From an uncultured Pseudomonadales bacterium (lineage in GTDB: Bacteria; Patescibacteriota; Microgenomatia; UBA1400; PJMF01): a DNA stretch of 57,209 bases. The translations under genes were made by a program, and so were the position numbers. The notes under the pieces were generated by a model. That model had not been told where the DNA came from and searched no databases. It saw only the letters and a program-made list of their open reading frames with translations. Location of the stretch: contig CAZFRD010000001.1 in the NCBI GenBank assembly GCA_964521215.1, positions 1 to 57,209 on the forward strand, given 5' to 3'. Of this stretch, positions 24,936 through 35,069 are shown in pieces (the stretch's first letter is position 1; every line of letters begins with the position of its first letter).

Positions 24936-26786
24936 ATGGTTTTAATGCCATTGCTTAAATCCATCAACGATATTGATAGGGACCACCTGCTCAACCGCTC
25001 TTTTACTGCTTCGCCACAATCGTGGAGCGATCAAGTGATGTATTTTTTGTTGGTTGATCGATTTTCAGATGGATCAGAAAGTACCGAAAAACTTTACTCG
25101 TCTAATGATGCCAACTTCGCAATCCAGACTGAAGATGAGGCGGAAAAATGGCGATCGGCTGGTTACACGTTTTGTGGTGGCACGCTGAAAGGTGCGCAGT
25201 CAAAACTAAGTTACTTAAAGCGACTAGGCGTGACCACCATTTGGCTCAGCCCAGTTTTACAGCAAGCCCACTACGACCCCACCAGCTATCACGGCTATGG
25301 CGCGCAAAATTTCTTGGAGATTGATCCACATTTTGGAAGTAGAGAGGATCTCAAGTCGATTGTTAATGAGGCACACCAGCTTGGCATGTTTGTGGTGTTA
25401 GACATAGTAGTTAACCATGCTGGTTTTGTCTTTGAGTACGACGTACCCATCAATAGTGAAACTGAACCTAATTTTAAAGCCGATGGCCAACACCCAGTCA
25501 AGCATTTTCACGATCAGCATGGTCGGTCGACTTTGCCTTTTGGACCAATAGATCAAACACAATATCCTGAGGCTTGGCCACACGGCGCCATTTGGCCAAG
25601 CGAACTGCAACATTCAGCAGCTTTCAACTGCCGTGGTTGCATTGGCAACTGGGAGAACCCCGACGAATATTTGCATGGGGATTTTAAATTGCTCAAAGAT
25701 TTTAATCTAGGTGCTGGAGAAAATGTTAACTTTCAACCCTCGGCAGCCTTGTCGGCCTTAACCCAAATTTACCAATATTGGTTAGTTTATGCCGACCTGG
25801 ACGGTTTTCGTTTAGATGCAGTCAAACATATGGGCAAGTCAGTAGTCAGCTATTTTACTCAGGAAATCCAGCTTTTAGCAAGAAAAATTGGTAAGCAAAA
25901 CTTTGCTATTTTTGGTGAAATACCTGGTGGAGAACAGCAGGCGAGGGAAACGATGGATCAAACAGGAGTGAGTGCCTCGCTAGCTTTGTTGGACGTTCCC
26001 GATCATTTAGAAAAAATGATCAAAGGAGAGATCGGGGCTTGGGAATATTTCAAGCATTTTGATCGAAAAACAAAAGAGGAGCCTTTGGATAAGGGCCAAA
26101 TAACTTGGAAAAAAGATGAAATTGTGTTGTTTTTGGACGATCACGATCAAATTAGGAAAAATTTTGATAAAGCGCGGTTCCCATCTGGTTCAACAGATTG
26201 GCAAAAACTAGCATTTCCTGCATTGGCGACCTTGGTGTGTAGCGCAGGGATACCTTGTATTTACTACGGTAGCGAACAAGGTTTTGACGGTCAAGGTCGC
26301 CACGATCGTTACATCCGTGAAACGATGTTTGCCAGCGAGTTTAGCGCTTTTCGTGCCAGGGGTTGTCATTTTTTTGATGAACTTCACGAAATTTACCAGC
26401 AGTTACAGCAGTTACTCGCCATCCGCCAACAAACACCAGCTTTGCTTCAGGGAACTCAGCAGTTATTACAAATTTCTGGTGATGGTGAGCATTTTGGTTA
26501 CCCAGATAAGCTTGGCAATCGAATGTTAACCATCATTCCCTGGTTGCGCCAAACGCCAGAACAAACAATCTTGTGTGCAGTTTCGACCGATCCCAATCAC
26601 AATCAAGCAGTTTGGGTCCACTGGCCGGCAAATTCATCCAGCCGACATCAATCGCTTCGTTGTATTTTTTCAAAAGACGGATTTCAAACAGGCAGAAAAT
26701 ACCCGATCGAAATTCATGATAATTTACAACGAGTTAAAATTGACTTGCCAGCAGCCAGTTTTGCTCTTTTTCAGAGTCTAGATTAA
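24936..26786 (+). CDS. Alpha-amylase family (GH13) glycoside hydrolase
   Basis: GH13 conserved regions are present: DIVVNHAG (I), DGFRLDAVKHM (II), FGEI (III) and FLDDHDQ (IV). VDRFSDG lies near the N-terminus. Confidence 0.85.
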   Translation: MVLMPLLKSINDIDRDHLLNRSFTASPQSWSDQVMYFLLVDRFSDGSESTEKLYSSNDANFAIQTEDEAEKWRSAGYTFCGGTLKGAQSKLSYLKRLGVTTIWLSPVLQQAHYDPTSYHGYGAQNFLEIDPHFGSREDLKSIVNEAHQLGMFVVLDIVVNHAGFVFEYDVPINSETEPNFKADGQHPVKHFHDQHGRSTLPFGPIDQTQYPEAWPHGAIWPSELQHSAAFNCRGCIGNWENPDEYLHGDFKLLKDFNLGAGENVNFQPSAALSALTQIYQYWLVYADLDGFRLDAVKHMGKSVVSYFTQEIQLLARKIGKQNFAIFGEIPGGEQQARETMDQTGVSASLALLDVPDHLEKMIKGEIGAWEYFKHFDRKTKEEPLDKGQITWKKDEIVLFLDDHDQIRKNFDKARFPSGSTDWQKLAFPALATLVCSAGIPCIYYGSEQGFDGQGRHDRYIRETMFASEFSAFRARGCHFFDELHEIYQQLQQLLAIRQQTPALLQGTQQLLQISGDGEHFGYPDKLGNRMLTIIPWLRQTPEQTILCAVSTDPNHNQAVWVHWPANSSSRHQSLRCIFSKDGFQTGRKYPIEIHDNLQRVKIDLPAASFALFQSLD

Positions 26787-26846
26787 TCAATAGGGCAATC
26801 AATAGCATCTTCCTTAATTTCAGCGAAGTGGCTATACTTAATTTCT

Positions 26847-27929
26847 ATGCCACCCAACGAAGATTTCGGCGCCACCGCTATTAGAACATTTATCAAAGTT
26901 TTTGCTGGCATGATGGGGTTGGTTGTTTCTGGCATGATTGGTTTAATGATATTAGGTGGCATAACTGCGGCTTTTACCCAAGAGGAAATTTCGGAGACAC
27001 AAACTCCAGAGTACCAATTGGTAGAAGGCGAGTCCGATGCCGATTTGACTTTGGCCAGTATTCCAATTGAAGGCATTATCATGGGCGAACCCAGTACCGA
27101 TGACATGCTCTATTATTTTTCCGAACTGGGCATCACTTATGGTTACCAGGTCAAAGCACAATTGGCTTCGTTAGCAGAAGATGATGAAATTGACGGCGTG
27201 ATCCTAGAAGTGCATTCACCCGGAGGTACTATCTATGGTTCACGAGCCATCACGGATGGAGTAGCCGCCTACCAGCAAAAAACCGGCAAACCAGTGTTTG
27301 CCTATATTGGCTCCATGGCAGCCTCGGGAGGCTATTGGGCCGCTGCATCAGCCGATGAAGTGATTGCCGATCATGGTGTCACTCTGGGGAGCATTGGCGT
27401 GATTGCTGGTCCATTTAAATATTACGACACTGTTGTAAGCGAAGATGGAGGGGCTTTTTTGGGAGGCGTAGTGACGGAAAAAGGTATTTCGAACCGCTAT
27501 ATTACCGCAGGTAACTCTAAAGATTTTGGCAATCCTTATCGAGCGATGACAGATGGGGAAGTGGCGGTTTTGCAAAGCGCGGTCAATAATGCCTACCAGG
27601 ATTTTGTGGGGTACGTGGCTCAGCGCCGAAATCTTTCCACCGATAGAATTATCACCGAGCTAGGAGCCATGGTTTATGACGAAAATCAAGCCCTTCAGTT
27701 TGGGTTAATAGACCAAATTGGCAATAAACAGTTTGCCTATCAAGCGCTAGCTGATGCAATTGAGCCAAATGCCACCTATATGGTCAAACAAGCGAGTTTA
27801 CCCACGGGCTTTTTTGCTACTTTATTATCATCGAAAAGTCTTTTTGCTGAAAAATCATTCACTAGCGTCTGCCCGATTGCTTCAACCGTGTTGGCTTTTC
27901 ATGGTGATTTAGCCACGCTTTGTCGTTAA
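26847..27929 (+). CDS. sppA: Signal peptide peptidase SppA (S49, 36K type)
   Basis: N-terminal TM helix, GVILEVHSPGGTIYGS, and the catalytic-Ser motif GSMAASGGYWAA. Confidence 0.8.
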   Translation: MPPNEDFGATAIRTFIKVFAGMMGLVVSGMIGLMILGGITAAFTQEEISETQTPEYQLVEGESDADLTLASIPIEGIIMGEPSTDDMLYYFSELGITYGYQVKAQLASLAEDDEIDGVILEVHSPGGTIYGSRAITDGVAAYQQKTGKPVFAYIGSMAASGGYWAAASADEVIADHGVTLGSIGVIAGPFKYYDTVVSEDGGAFLGGVVTEKGISNRYITAGNSKDFGNPYRAMTDGEVAVLQSAVNNAYQDFVGYVAQRRNLSTDRIITELGAMVYDENQALQFGLIDQIGNKQFAYQALADAIEPNATYMVKQASLPTGFFATLLSSKSLFAEKSFTSVCPIASTVLAFHGDLATLCR

Positions 27930-28004
27930 TTCAAATTTTTTCTACACTTAGTGTAAGTTGGGTGAGTTATGTTTCCGTAAGTAATCAGATAAGTGAAAGG
28001 AAAC

Positions 28005-28583
28005 ATGCAAATGAGTTTAAAACAGTGGAGAATTCGTTGGTTACTTGCACTAGCATTTTTGGGAGTGTCGGTGGGCTTGGCCACTGCCTACTTTTCTAGT
28101 AATAGCTGGCTGAGAGGGCAGGTCTTGGGTACGAGCAGTTTGGCAATTCAGGTGGAAAAAATCGAACCCTCGGTCTTTGCCAAATTTTTACCTGGAGAAG
28201 CTCAGTCATTTGTTTGGCAAATTAGTAACACGGGCGATACTCCAATTCACCTGGCGGGGCGGTTTAGTGGTAATTGGGAAAAACCAGAGCTAGAAAGTCA
28301 ATTGTTCAAAATAGTTAATCTAAAATATAAATTGGAGAGTGCTCAAACTTGGCAGCCGGTTGCGGTTGACGCTATCGTCAGTGGTCAGTCGTGGTTCTTT
28401 AGCCCGACTGGATTAGAAACAGACTTGCTCACACTTCCTGTTGATGGCGTCCTCTTGGTTGAGGGAGATTTATTGCTCGATTCTGCTGCAGATAACCAAT
28501 ATCAATTGAGTGATTTTCCATTTTCGCTCCAAGTGATTGCTAAGCAAACTACGACCGATGCAACATGGCCAACCTATGAATAA
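28005..28583 (+). CDS. TasA/camelysin-like secreted protein with SipW-cognate-type signal peptide
   Basis: The N-terminus LALAFLGVSVGLATAYFSSNS...LGTSSLAIQV matches the (G)GT.AYFSD...GTLDL pattern of SipW-dependent signal peptides. The start is ambiguous (GTG 27993, ATG 28005 or ATG 28011). Confidence 0.6.
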   Translation: MQMSLKQWRIRWLLALAFLGVSVGLATAYFSSNSWLRGQVLGTSSLAIQVEKIEPSVFAKFLPGEAQSFVWQISNTGDTPIHLAGRFSGNWEKPELESQLFKIVNLKYKLESAQTWQPVAVDAIVSGQSWFFSPTGLETDLLTLPVDGVLLVEGDLLLDSAADNQYQLSDFPFSLQVIAKQTTTDATWPTYE

Positions 28584-29667
28584 ATCGCTCAGTTTAGTGA
28601 TAATTGTATTTTTGCTGTTGGGCGGGTCGGCAGTTGGCCGACCCGCCCAAGCCTATTTGACTCACCAAAGTTCACTCACAGATGTTGTTACCACGGCGGA
28701 CTGGCAATCGCCAAGCACCAGCTTATACATCAATCAGTTAGAATTAGGCAGTCCCGACTTCAACTTAATGGAAAATTGGATAGAATGTTCAGAGATTAAT
28801 GCAGAATTAACCGAAAATGTAGAACAGAACATAGTATTAGATAGTACGACCGCCATCAATTGTTTGCAGAAACAGCTCGTTTTTGCTCCAACCCAGCTAC
28901 GAAAAATAAATATTAAATATCAGTTATCCATGTTAAGTCCAATCGAAGTAGATGAGTCTCCCTTGGTGGATTTTTACTGGAATGATCAATTGATTGCTTG
29001 GTTAGCATTCACCACCATTGACTCAAATTGGCTTACCTTATCCATCCCAGGTGATGAACTTGATGGGATACTTTCAATCAAACTGAGTGCTAATCGTTTA
29101 TTTTCTCAACCAATTCAATTAGTGATAGAACGAGCAACTTTTGCGCGGTTGTTGTTGCATCCAACTGATGAAGTTAACATCATTAATGATGAACCCCAAG
29201 CCCAAGTTTTTGTGACCCAAGATTCTACCCAAACGCCAGTATCTCAATTGGGCAGTATAAATGTATTAGCCAGCGACTTGCCAACATCGGGCAACCTCAC
29301 TTTTTGGTCTGTAGATAATTGGGGCAATACTGAAACACCAAAAACCGTTATGTTTCAAATTATTGATGATCAAATTCCAGCACCACAGCTACTTTGGCAA
29401 CGCTATCAAGATAATCAATTATTGCTCGTGATTCGGACAAACACCCAGTTAAATCAGCTTATTAGTCACTATCAGTTGTTAATCGAAGATGGCTCGATTG
29501 CTAGTCAGTTGCAACAACCTTGGGTGAGAGCTACTCAGGTCATGCACCAGTCAGGTGGCATTATAAGTTTAAGCTTTCCGTTTACCAGCAATCCACATAT
29601 AGCAAGACTGCAGGCAGTTGATCAACTTGGATCTGCATCACTTGCAAGTGATTTGATCCTGTTTTGA
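28576..29667 (+). CDS. Secreted hypothetical protein, second SipW-type-like signal peptide
   Basis: ATG 28576 overlaps the upstream stop by 8 nt. The N-terminus MNKSLSLVIIVFLLLGGSAVGRPAQAYLTHQSSLTDVVTTADW resembles the AY(F/L)(S/T) class. The rest has no recognised domain. Confidence 0.55.
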   Translation: MNKSLSLVIIVFLLLGGSAVGRPAQAYLTHQSSLTDVVTTADWQSPSTSLYINQLELGSPDFNLMENWIECSEINAELTENVEQNIVLDSTTAINCLQKQLVFAPTQLRKINIKYQLSMLSPIEVDESPLVDFYWNDQLIAWLAFTTIDSNWLTLSIPGDELDGILSIKLSANRLFSQPIQLVIERATFARLLLHPTDEVNIINDEPQAQVFVTQDSTQTPVSQLGSINVLASDLPTSGNLTFWSVDNWGNTETPKTVMFQIIDDQIPAPQLLWQRYQDNQLLLVIRTNTQLNQLISHYQLLIEDGSIASQLQQPWVRATQVMHQSGGIISLSFPFTSNPHIARLQAVDQLGSASLASDLILF

Positions 29668-29716
29668 CTATCAGACACTGCTTGCTCTTCCCGTCGTAAT
29701 TTTGCATAATGGTTAA

Positions 29717-30757
29717 GTGATTCGTGCAGTCAGTGAAACTGTCAAACATCTGTTTCATCCGCGCCATTCCAACAATCACCGCGCCAGAGTGTTACATACG
29801 GAATGGCTTGTGGTTTTTGTGGTCATGGCTTGTGTTTCACTGGTTGGTTTAAATATTTTTCAGAATTATTCTGCCCAGCTAGGTTATGTGCTGGGTTTTG
29901 CGTCCGATATTACGGTTGATCAGACTCTATTGCTAACCAATCAAGAACGGGCTAAATCAGGTCTCGCTCCACTCTCGCTTAATGGCAAACTTTCTGCGGC
30001 TGCCAGCGCTAAAGCGACGGATATGTTTCAGAATCAATATTGGGCTCACGTTTCACCCGCTGGTACCGAACCTTGGGCCTTCATCACTTCTGCTGGTTAT
30101 GCCTATCGCTTAGCTGGAGAGAACTTGGCTCGTGACTTCAATCATTCCACCGATATGGTGGTTGCGTGGATGAACTCTCCCACTCATCGAGCCAATATTA
30201 TGAATGGTAGATATACCGAAATTGGTTTGGCGGTGATGAATGGTCAGCTCCAGGGAGTGGATACTACTCTGGTGGTTCAGATGTTTGGTGCACCAAATAC
30301 TGGTCAGCAACCCCAGCTGGCACAAGCCGCAAATACTGCCGAGTCGCCTCAGCCAACTTTGACTGCGGTACCTACTACGCAACCGACAGTCGCAGTGGTG
30401 AATAACAACCAGGTCGCCGAAACCACTCCTCAACCTTCGGCGACAATTGTCCCCTCGGTGACACCAGCGGTAGTTCAGGGTGAAGTGCAACTAATTCCTT
30501 CCCGAACCGAAGTCTTGGCTCGACAAGTTTTTCCGTCTGGATCGGTGCGACCACTCAATCACATCAACCCCCTTTCTTTGATGAAAGCCTTTTTTGTGAG
30601 TATTCTACTGGTGCTAATTTGTACCCTCGCTTACGATTTATATGCTATCGGTCATTATCACTCACTGCGCATTGTGGGGAAAAACTTTGCTCACTTACTT
30701 TTCTTTGCCGCCGTAGCCTTTTTATTAATCTTCTTTAAATCAGGAGCGATTATCTAA
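29717..30757 (+). CDS. CAP/SCP (PR-1-like, YkwD-type) domain protein with membrane anchors
   Basis: GTG start. TM helix, then a CAP domain (NQERAKSGLAPL...AKATDM...YWAHVSP...AGENLAR...WMNSPTHRANIM...EIGLAV), a Pro/Thr/Gln-rich linker and C-terminal TM helices. Confidence 0.75.
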   Translation: MIRAVSETVKHLFHPRHSNNHRARVLHTEWLVVFVVMACVSLVGLNIFQNYSAQLGYVLGFASDITVDQTLLLTNQERAKSGLAPLSLNGKLSAAASAKATDMFQNQYWAHVSPAGTEPWAFITSAGYAYRLAGENLARDFNHSTDMVVAWMNSPTHRANIMNGRYTEIGLAVMNGQLQGVDTTLVVQMFGAPNTGQQPQLAQAANTAESPQPTLTAVPTTQPTVAVVNNNQVAETTPQPSATIVPSVTPAVVQGEVQLIPSRTEVLARQVFPSGSVRPLNHINPLSLMKAFFVSILLVLICTLAYDLYAIGHYHSLRIVGKNFAHLLFFAAVAFLLIFFKSGAII

Positions 30758-31014
30758 TGTGGAAAGAAATTAAACTTCACTGGCATTCGTATGTGGCACT
30801 GATTGCAGGGCTAACTGCCTTTGTGTATTTATATTTACAATTTTGGCCAAATATTTGGATGATTAGATATATTTCTCTCGCCATGGGCTTGTTTTACTCT
30901 GCTTGGGGCATACTCACCCACGTTAAAAGTCAAAAGATTACCAAACAGGTAGTTCAAGAATATGTCTTTGTCTCGATACTAGCGGTGGCGTTATTGTGGC
31001 TGATCACTTTTTGA
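30757..31014 (+). CDS. Small membrane protein (85 aa)
   Basis: ATG overlaps the previous TAA (TAATG). Three predicted hydrophobic helices. Confidence 0.5.
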   Translation: MWKEIKLHWHSYVALIAGLTAFVYLYLQFWPNIWMIRYISLAMGLFYSAWGILTHVKSQKITKQVVQEYVFVSILAVALLWLITF

Positions 31015-31077
31015 TTGAGCCAAGCCATGAATGCTACAATGAGCACTACTTATGATCAATCAAAGAAAGGTAGAAAT

Positions 31078-31794
31078 ATGAAGGGGATAATTTTGGCTGG
31101 AGGTAATGGCACTCGTTTGCGACCTCTCACTTTGGTCACCAGTAAACAATTATTGCCAATTTACGATCAGCCGATGATCTACTATCCGTTAGAAACGCTG
31201 AGAACAGCTGGGATAACGGATATTTTATTCATTGTGGCCCCAGACCATGCGGGCGATTTTTTGAAGTTACTTGGTAGTGGCAAGGAATTTGGTTGTAAAT
31301 TTACTTACGAGATTCAAGATGAGCCCGGCGGTTTAGCTCAAGCTTTCTTGATTGGAGAAAATTTTATCGGCAAGGATAATGTGACACTGATCTTAGGCGA
31401 TAATATTTTTGAAGATGATTTTACTCAAGCAATCACGTCTTTTCAAGCCGGAGGTCGAGTATTTATCAAAGAAGTGAATGACCCCCAGCGCTTTGGTGTG
31501 GCCGAATTTGATCAGCAGAAAAAAGTGATTTCTATTGAAGAGAAACCCAAACAGCCAAAATCAAATTATGCGGTGACTGGCTTATATATTTACGATGCGA
31601 CAGTAGTCGAAAAGGCCAAGTCTTTGGCGCCATCTGGTCGTGGCGAGTTAGAAATTACTGATCTCAACAATGTTTTTCTTCAGGCCAATCAGCTTGATGT
31701 CGCTTTTGTGGCCGGCAAGTGGTTTGATACTGGCACTTTTGAATCACTCTATGAGGCCATCACTTTTGTGAGAGAAAAAAAAGTTAACTTATGA
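31078..31794 (+). CDS. Sugar-1-phosphate nucleotidylyltransferase (glucose-1-P thymidylyl/uridylyltransferase, short type)
   Basis: MKGIILAGGNGTRLRPLTLVTSKQLLPIYDQPMIYYPLE is the canonical G1P nucleotidylyltransferase N-terminus. ATG 31078 is preferred over 31015. Confidence 0.8.
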   Translation: MKGIILAGGNGTRLRPLTLVTSKQLLPIYDQPMIYYPLETLRTAGITDILFIVAPDHAGDFLKLLGSGKEFGCKFTYEIQDEPGGLAQAFLIGENFIGKDNVTLILGDNIFEDDFTQAITSFQAGGRVFIKEVNDPQRFGVAEFDQQKKVISIEEKPKQPKSNYAVTGLYIYDATVVEKAKSLAPSGRGELEITDLNNVFLQANQLDVAFVAGKWFDTGTFESLYEAITFVREKKVNL

Positions 31795-32627
31795 AGCGAC
31801 TGATAATTGTTAGTCTATTCGTGTGGAGTATTTGGCTAACTCAGTTGGGTTTAGTTCAGGCTCAAACACAAGAAGCTACTAGCTCGTCACCGATCAGCAA
31901 TGAACCTCAGATTGATCTTGAACAACAACGACAATCATTGAGAGAAACGTATCGCCAAGAGATTCAAGCCTATCAAAACAGCTATCGAAAATTTACGTTG
32001 GCCAAAGCGCAATTTCAAAAACTAGAAACACTTGCTTCATTGGAAGAAGCTGTGACCAGCACGCGCGAGGTGTTTGTCGCCCGCGATGCTGTTTTACTGA
32101 CTTATTTAGATCAATTGAATTTTGAACTGCAGGTTAATCCAAGTTATGACGACGAAGTTAAACTTACCACTCTGAATAAAATTGCCGAAATCAAAAATAA
32201 CTTACTTATTTTTCATCAATTAGTAATTAACAGTCAGGACAGGCAAGCACTCGCCGAACGTGCCACGGGTTTTATACCGATAGGTGAAGAAATTCGACAA
32301 CTCTCTGATCAAACTCGAAAATTGATTTTCTTGGGTAAATTCAGGGCTTCGGCGGGACTGGCTCAGCAACTTACACAAGAAGTCAAGGATTTGCAGGCTC
32401 AAAATCCAGTCTCAGCTTTGAAGCAGGGCGAGCGACAGCGAGCCTACCAAGAATTAGAATCCGCCGATGCAGTGGTCCAGTCAGCCTGGCAAAAGTCGGT
32501 ACAAACGTACCAAAAGCAAGGAGATTACTCAAACGAAACACTTACGACTTTTATTGCAACACTCACTCCGCTCCAATCGGCTCTCGTTCGCTGGTTTATC
32601 TTATTGGAACAAACAATGAAACTATGA
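31791..32627 (+). CDS. Secreted coiled-coil hypothetical protein
   Basis: ATGA overlap with the upstream gene. Signal peptide MKRLIIVSLFVWSIWLTQLGLVQA, then Gln/Glu-rich helical sequence. Confidence 0.55.
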   Translation: MKRLIIVSLFVWSIWLTQLGLVQAQTQEATSSSPISNEPQIDLEQQRQSLRETYRQEIQAYQNSYRKFTLAKAQFQKLETLASLEEAVTSTREVFVARDAVLLTYLDQLNFELQVNPSYDDEVKLTTLNKIAEIKNNLLIFHQLVINSQDRQALAERATGFIPIGEEIRQLSDQTRKLIFLGKFRASAGLAQQLTQEVKDLQAQNPVSALKQGERQRAYQELESADAVVQSAWQKSVQTYQKQGDYSNETLTTFIATLTPLQSALVRWFILLEQTMKL

Positions 32628-33019
32628 AATTATTCAACAAAGAACCACTCATTCAACAGACCGAATTCTCCAGCAGTCAAACTTGGCTTGAAGAACCATC
32701 AATTACGACTGACGAACAACTGGAAAATGCGGAAAGAAAAATTAAGCGCCGAAAAATAACCCTCATTGCTATTGGTTCAATCGTGATGATTGCAGGCTTG
32801 CTTGCCTTGCTTATCAACATCATGACTCGGCCACCGGCGGAGATCGTAATTGTTGCCGAACCAACTGCCACTCCCACAGTTACACCAGTACTCACGCCAT
32901 TGCTCAGTCGCATCACTGATGCAAAAGCTAGAACTCAAGCCATAGATGTTCGGGAGGCAGAACTCGCACTACCTCAAGTAGAATTTACGATCTTTTTAGA
33001 TGAACCCAAGAAACAATAA
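32624..33019 (+). CDS. Hypothetical single-pass membrane protein
   Basis: ATGA overlap with the upstream gene. Central TM helix (ITLIAIGSIVMIAGLLALLINIM) followed by a PT-rich stretch. Confidence 0.5.
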   Translation: MKLFNKEPLIQQTEFSSSQTWLEEPSITTDEQLENAERKIKRRKITLIAIGSIVMIAGLLALLINIMTRPPAEIVIVAEPTATPTVTPVLTPLLSRITDAKARTQAIDVREAELALPQVEFTIFLDEPKKQ

Positions 33020-33038
33020 AGTCTGTTACAATCACGTT

Positions 33039-33593
33039 ATGAACGATCTGCTATTAAATTTTCAACAAAAAATCGATAAAGCTTATGAGCATGTGATTCA
33101 AGACGCAAGGAGTTTGCGCACAGGCAGAGCATCAGCCGAATTGCTGGATCCAGTCAAAGTTGAGGCTTATGGTTCACAGGTCAGGTTAGTTGAAGTCGCC
33201 TCAATTACCGCTCCAGATGCAACGTTACTAGTGGTGTCACCTTGGGATAAATCATTATTGAGCGCAGTAGAAAAAGCCGTAGCGAGTGCGGGTTTGAATT
33301 TAAATCCAGTGGTGGATGGACAAATAATCAGGATTAGCGTGCCAGCACTCACCCAGGAACGACGGCAAGAGATGGTCAAATTATTACATCAAAAAATCGA
33401 GGCTGGTCGAGTAACTGTTCGCACTCTGCGCACCGAAACCAAGCAAGAAATCGAAGATCAGAAGGGTGAAGCGGGCGTGAGCGAAGATGATATTAAATTT
33501 GAATTGGAAAATTTGGACAAAGAAGTCAAACTCGCTTTGGCAAAACTGGATGAACTGCAAGCTCAAAAGGAAAAAGAACTACTCCACGTATAA
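33039..33593 (+). CDS. frr: Ribosome recycling factor
   Basis: RTGRASAELLDPVKVEAYG...PWDKSLL..VEKA...LNLNP..DGQIIRISVPALTQERRQEMVK is a diagnostic RRF sequence. ATG 33039 gives the normal ~185-aa length. Confidence 0.9.
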   Translation: MNDLLLNFQQKIDKAYEHVIQDARSLRTGRASAELLDPVKVEAYGSQVRLVEVASITAPDATLLVVSPWDKSLLSAVEKAVASAGLNLNPVVDGQIIRISVPALTQERRQEMVKLLHQKIEAGRVTVRTLRTETKQEIEDQKGEAGVSEDDIKFELENLDKEVKLALAKLDELQAQKEKELLHV

Positions 33594-33610
33594 TAGTTGT
33601 TGGTCGGACT

Positions 33611-34750
33611 ATGGCTATCATTATTGTTTTACTAGTGCTTTCGTTTTTAGTCATTATTCATGAACTTGGACATTTTATTACTGCTCGATTGTCTGGTATT
33701 TCTGTGGAAGAGTTTGGCATTGGATATCCGCCCAAGGCCATCAGTTTATCCAAACTCTGGCAAAAAATGGGAAGGAATTGGCCTAGTTCGACAGAGCTCA
33801 CCCTCAACTGGATCCCTTTTGGTGGCTTTGTGAGAATGGCGGGAGAAAGTCCCAATCTTGATAAATCAAGTAAACCAGTAAAAGGTGAGTTTATGGCTGC
33901 AACATTACCCCAGCGTTTATTTGTGATCTTTGCGGGGGTAGTAGTAAACTTTTTGTTTGGCATTATTGCTTTTACCATTGTCTTTGGCAAAACTGGTATT
34001 CCCCAAGAAATAGCTGGCGCACGTATTGGACAGATTGAACCTGCATCGCCAGCCGCCCAAGCTGGTATTCCTTTGCAAGTTGAAATAATTGGTTTTAAAT
34101 TAGACTCGATTTTGGTTGAAACTGAAACTATTGAGCAAGTTAAACAATTTGTTGATGCCAATCGGGGTAAAACCATTACTTTAGTTACCACGGAAACCTG
34201 CCAACGGGGTGTTTGCCCAAACCAGCAAGAGTATACAGTTTACTTGCGGACACCAGAAGAAACACCGGCCAACCAAGGTGCTCTTGGAGTAGTTTTTGAA
34301 ACAGTAATTTTTCAACACTATCCCTGGTACGAAATGCCCCTGAGAAGTGCTTGGCATGGTACCAGCCAAGCACTACAACTTTCTGGACTGATTCTTGATG
34401 CGTTGGGAGGAATTGGCACGGATTTGTCACAAGGTAAGGTTTCGGACGATGTAGCTGGACCAGTGGGGATTGTGTATCAAGCCCAAAAAGGGCAATTCTT
34501 TGATCAAGGATGGCTGAGCATACTATCATTTGCGGGTATTCTATCTATTAATTTAGCGATTATGAACGTGTTGCCTTTTCCGCCGCTGGATGGGGGTCGG
34601 GCCGTGTTGAGTGTCTTGGAGCTAATTATCGGCAAGCGGCATTCAAATTTGATCGAACATTATGCCAATTATGGTGGCTACGTAGTGTTGCTCACCCTCG
34701 TAGTTTTGATTACTTTTAGTGATATTAGTCGAATAATTACTGGCGGATAA
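33611..34750 (+). CDS. rseP: RIP metalloprotease RseP (site-2 protease, M50)
   Basis: HELGHF in the first TM helix, a central PDZ-like region (PASPAAQAGI), and the C-terminal NVLPFPPLDGG motif. Confidence 0.85.
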   Translation: MAIIIVLLVLSFLVIIHELGHFITARLSGISVEEFGIGYPPKAISLSKLWQKMGRNWPSSTELTLNWIPFGGFVRMAGESPNLDKSSKPVKGEFMAATLPQRLFVIFAGVVVNFLFGIIAFTIVFGKTGIPQEIAGARIGQIEPASPAAQAGIPLQVEIIGFKLDSILVETETIEQVKQFVDANRGKTITLVTTETCQRGVCPNQQEYTVYLRTPEETPANQGALGVVFETVIFQHYPWYEMPLRSAWHGTSQALQLSGLILDALGGIGTDLSQGKVSDDVAGPVGIVYQAQKGQFFDQGWLSILSFAGILSINLAIMNVLPFPPLDGGRAVLSVLELIIGKRHSNLIEHYANYGGYVVLLTLVVLITFSDISRIITGG

Positions 34751-34751
34751 A

Positions 34752-35036
34752 ATGGCAAAAATTAGAACCAAAGAAGCTAAAATCCACGCCAGATTACACC
34801 GCTCAACTTTGGTCGGAAGTCTGACTAAACCAACTCTTGCCATAACAAGCAATTTGCACGTTAACTTGTCTCAGAGCGAGGGAGAAGTGACAAAAGCTCA
34901 ATCAGAAATAGATACAACAATGTTGTTGGGTTATCCCATTAAACTGTTGTATCGCGATTTTGGTCGTAGTCTTGCTATTACTCTTATTCTCGTAGTAATA
35001 TTACTTGGTATTTTTCTCTTTTTTCGGTACAATTAA
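34752..35036 (+). CDS. Hypothetical protein with C-terminal TM helix
   Basis: 94-aa ORF starting 1 nt after the rseP stop. Its C-terminal hydrophobic helix is LAITLILVVILLGIFLFF. Confidence 0.45.
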   Translation: MAKIRTKEAKIHARLHRSTLVGSLTKPTLAITSNLHVNLSQSEGEVTKAQSEIDTTMLLGYPIKLLYRDFGRSLAITLILVVILLGIFLFFRYN

Positions 35037-35069
35037 AATAGATTGACTGCCTATTTTCTGAAAGGACTT

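Noticed and set aside
33658-34191. 177-aa minus-strand ORF, and similar ones at 34185-34529, 37909-38295, 23487-23819, 26783-27106, 30110-30490 and 51138-51476
   Set aside because: Each is antisense to a confidently identified gene (rseP, secD, the IMPDH-family gene, sppA, the CAP protein, GT2). None has motifs or RBS support.
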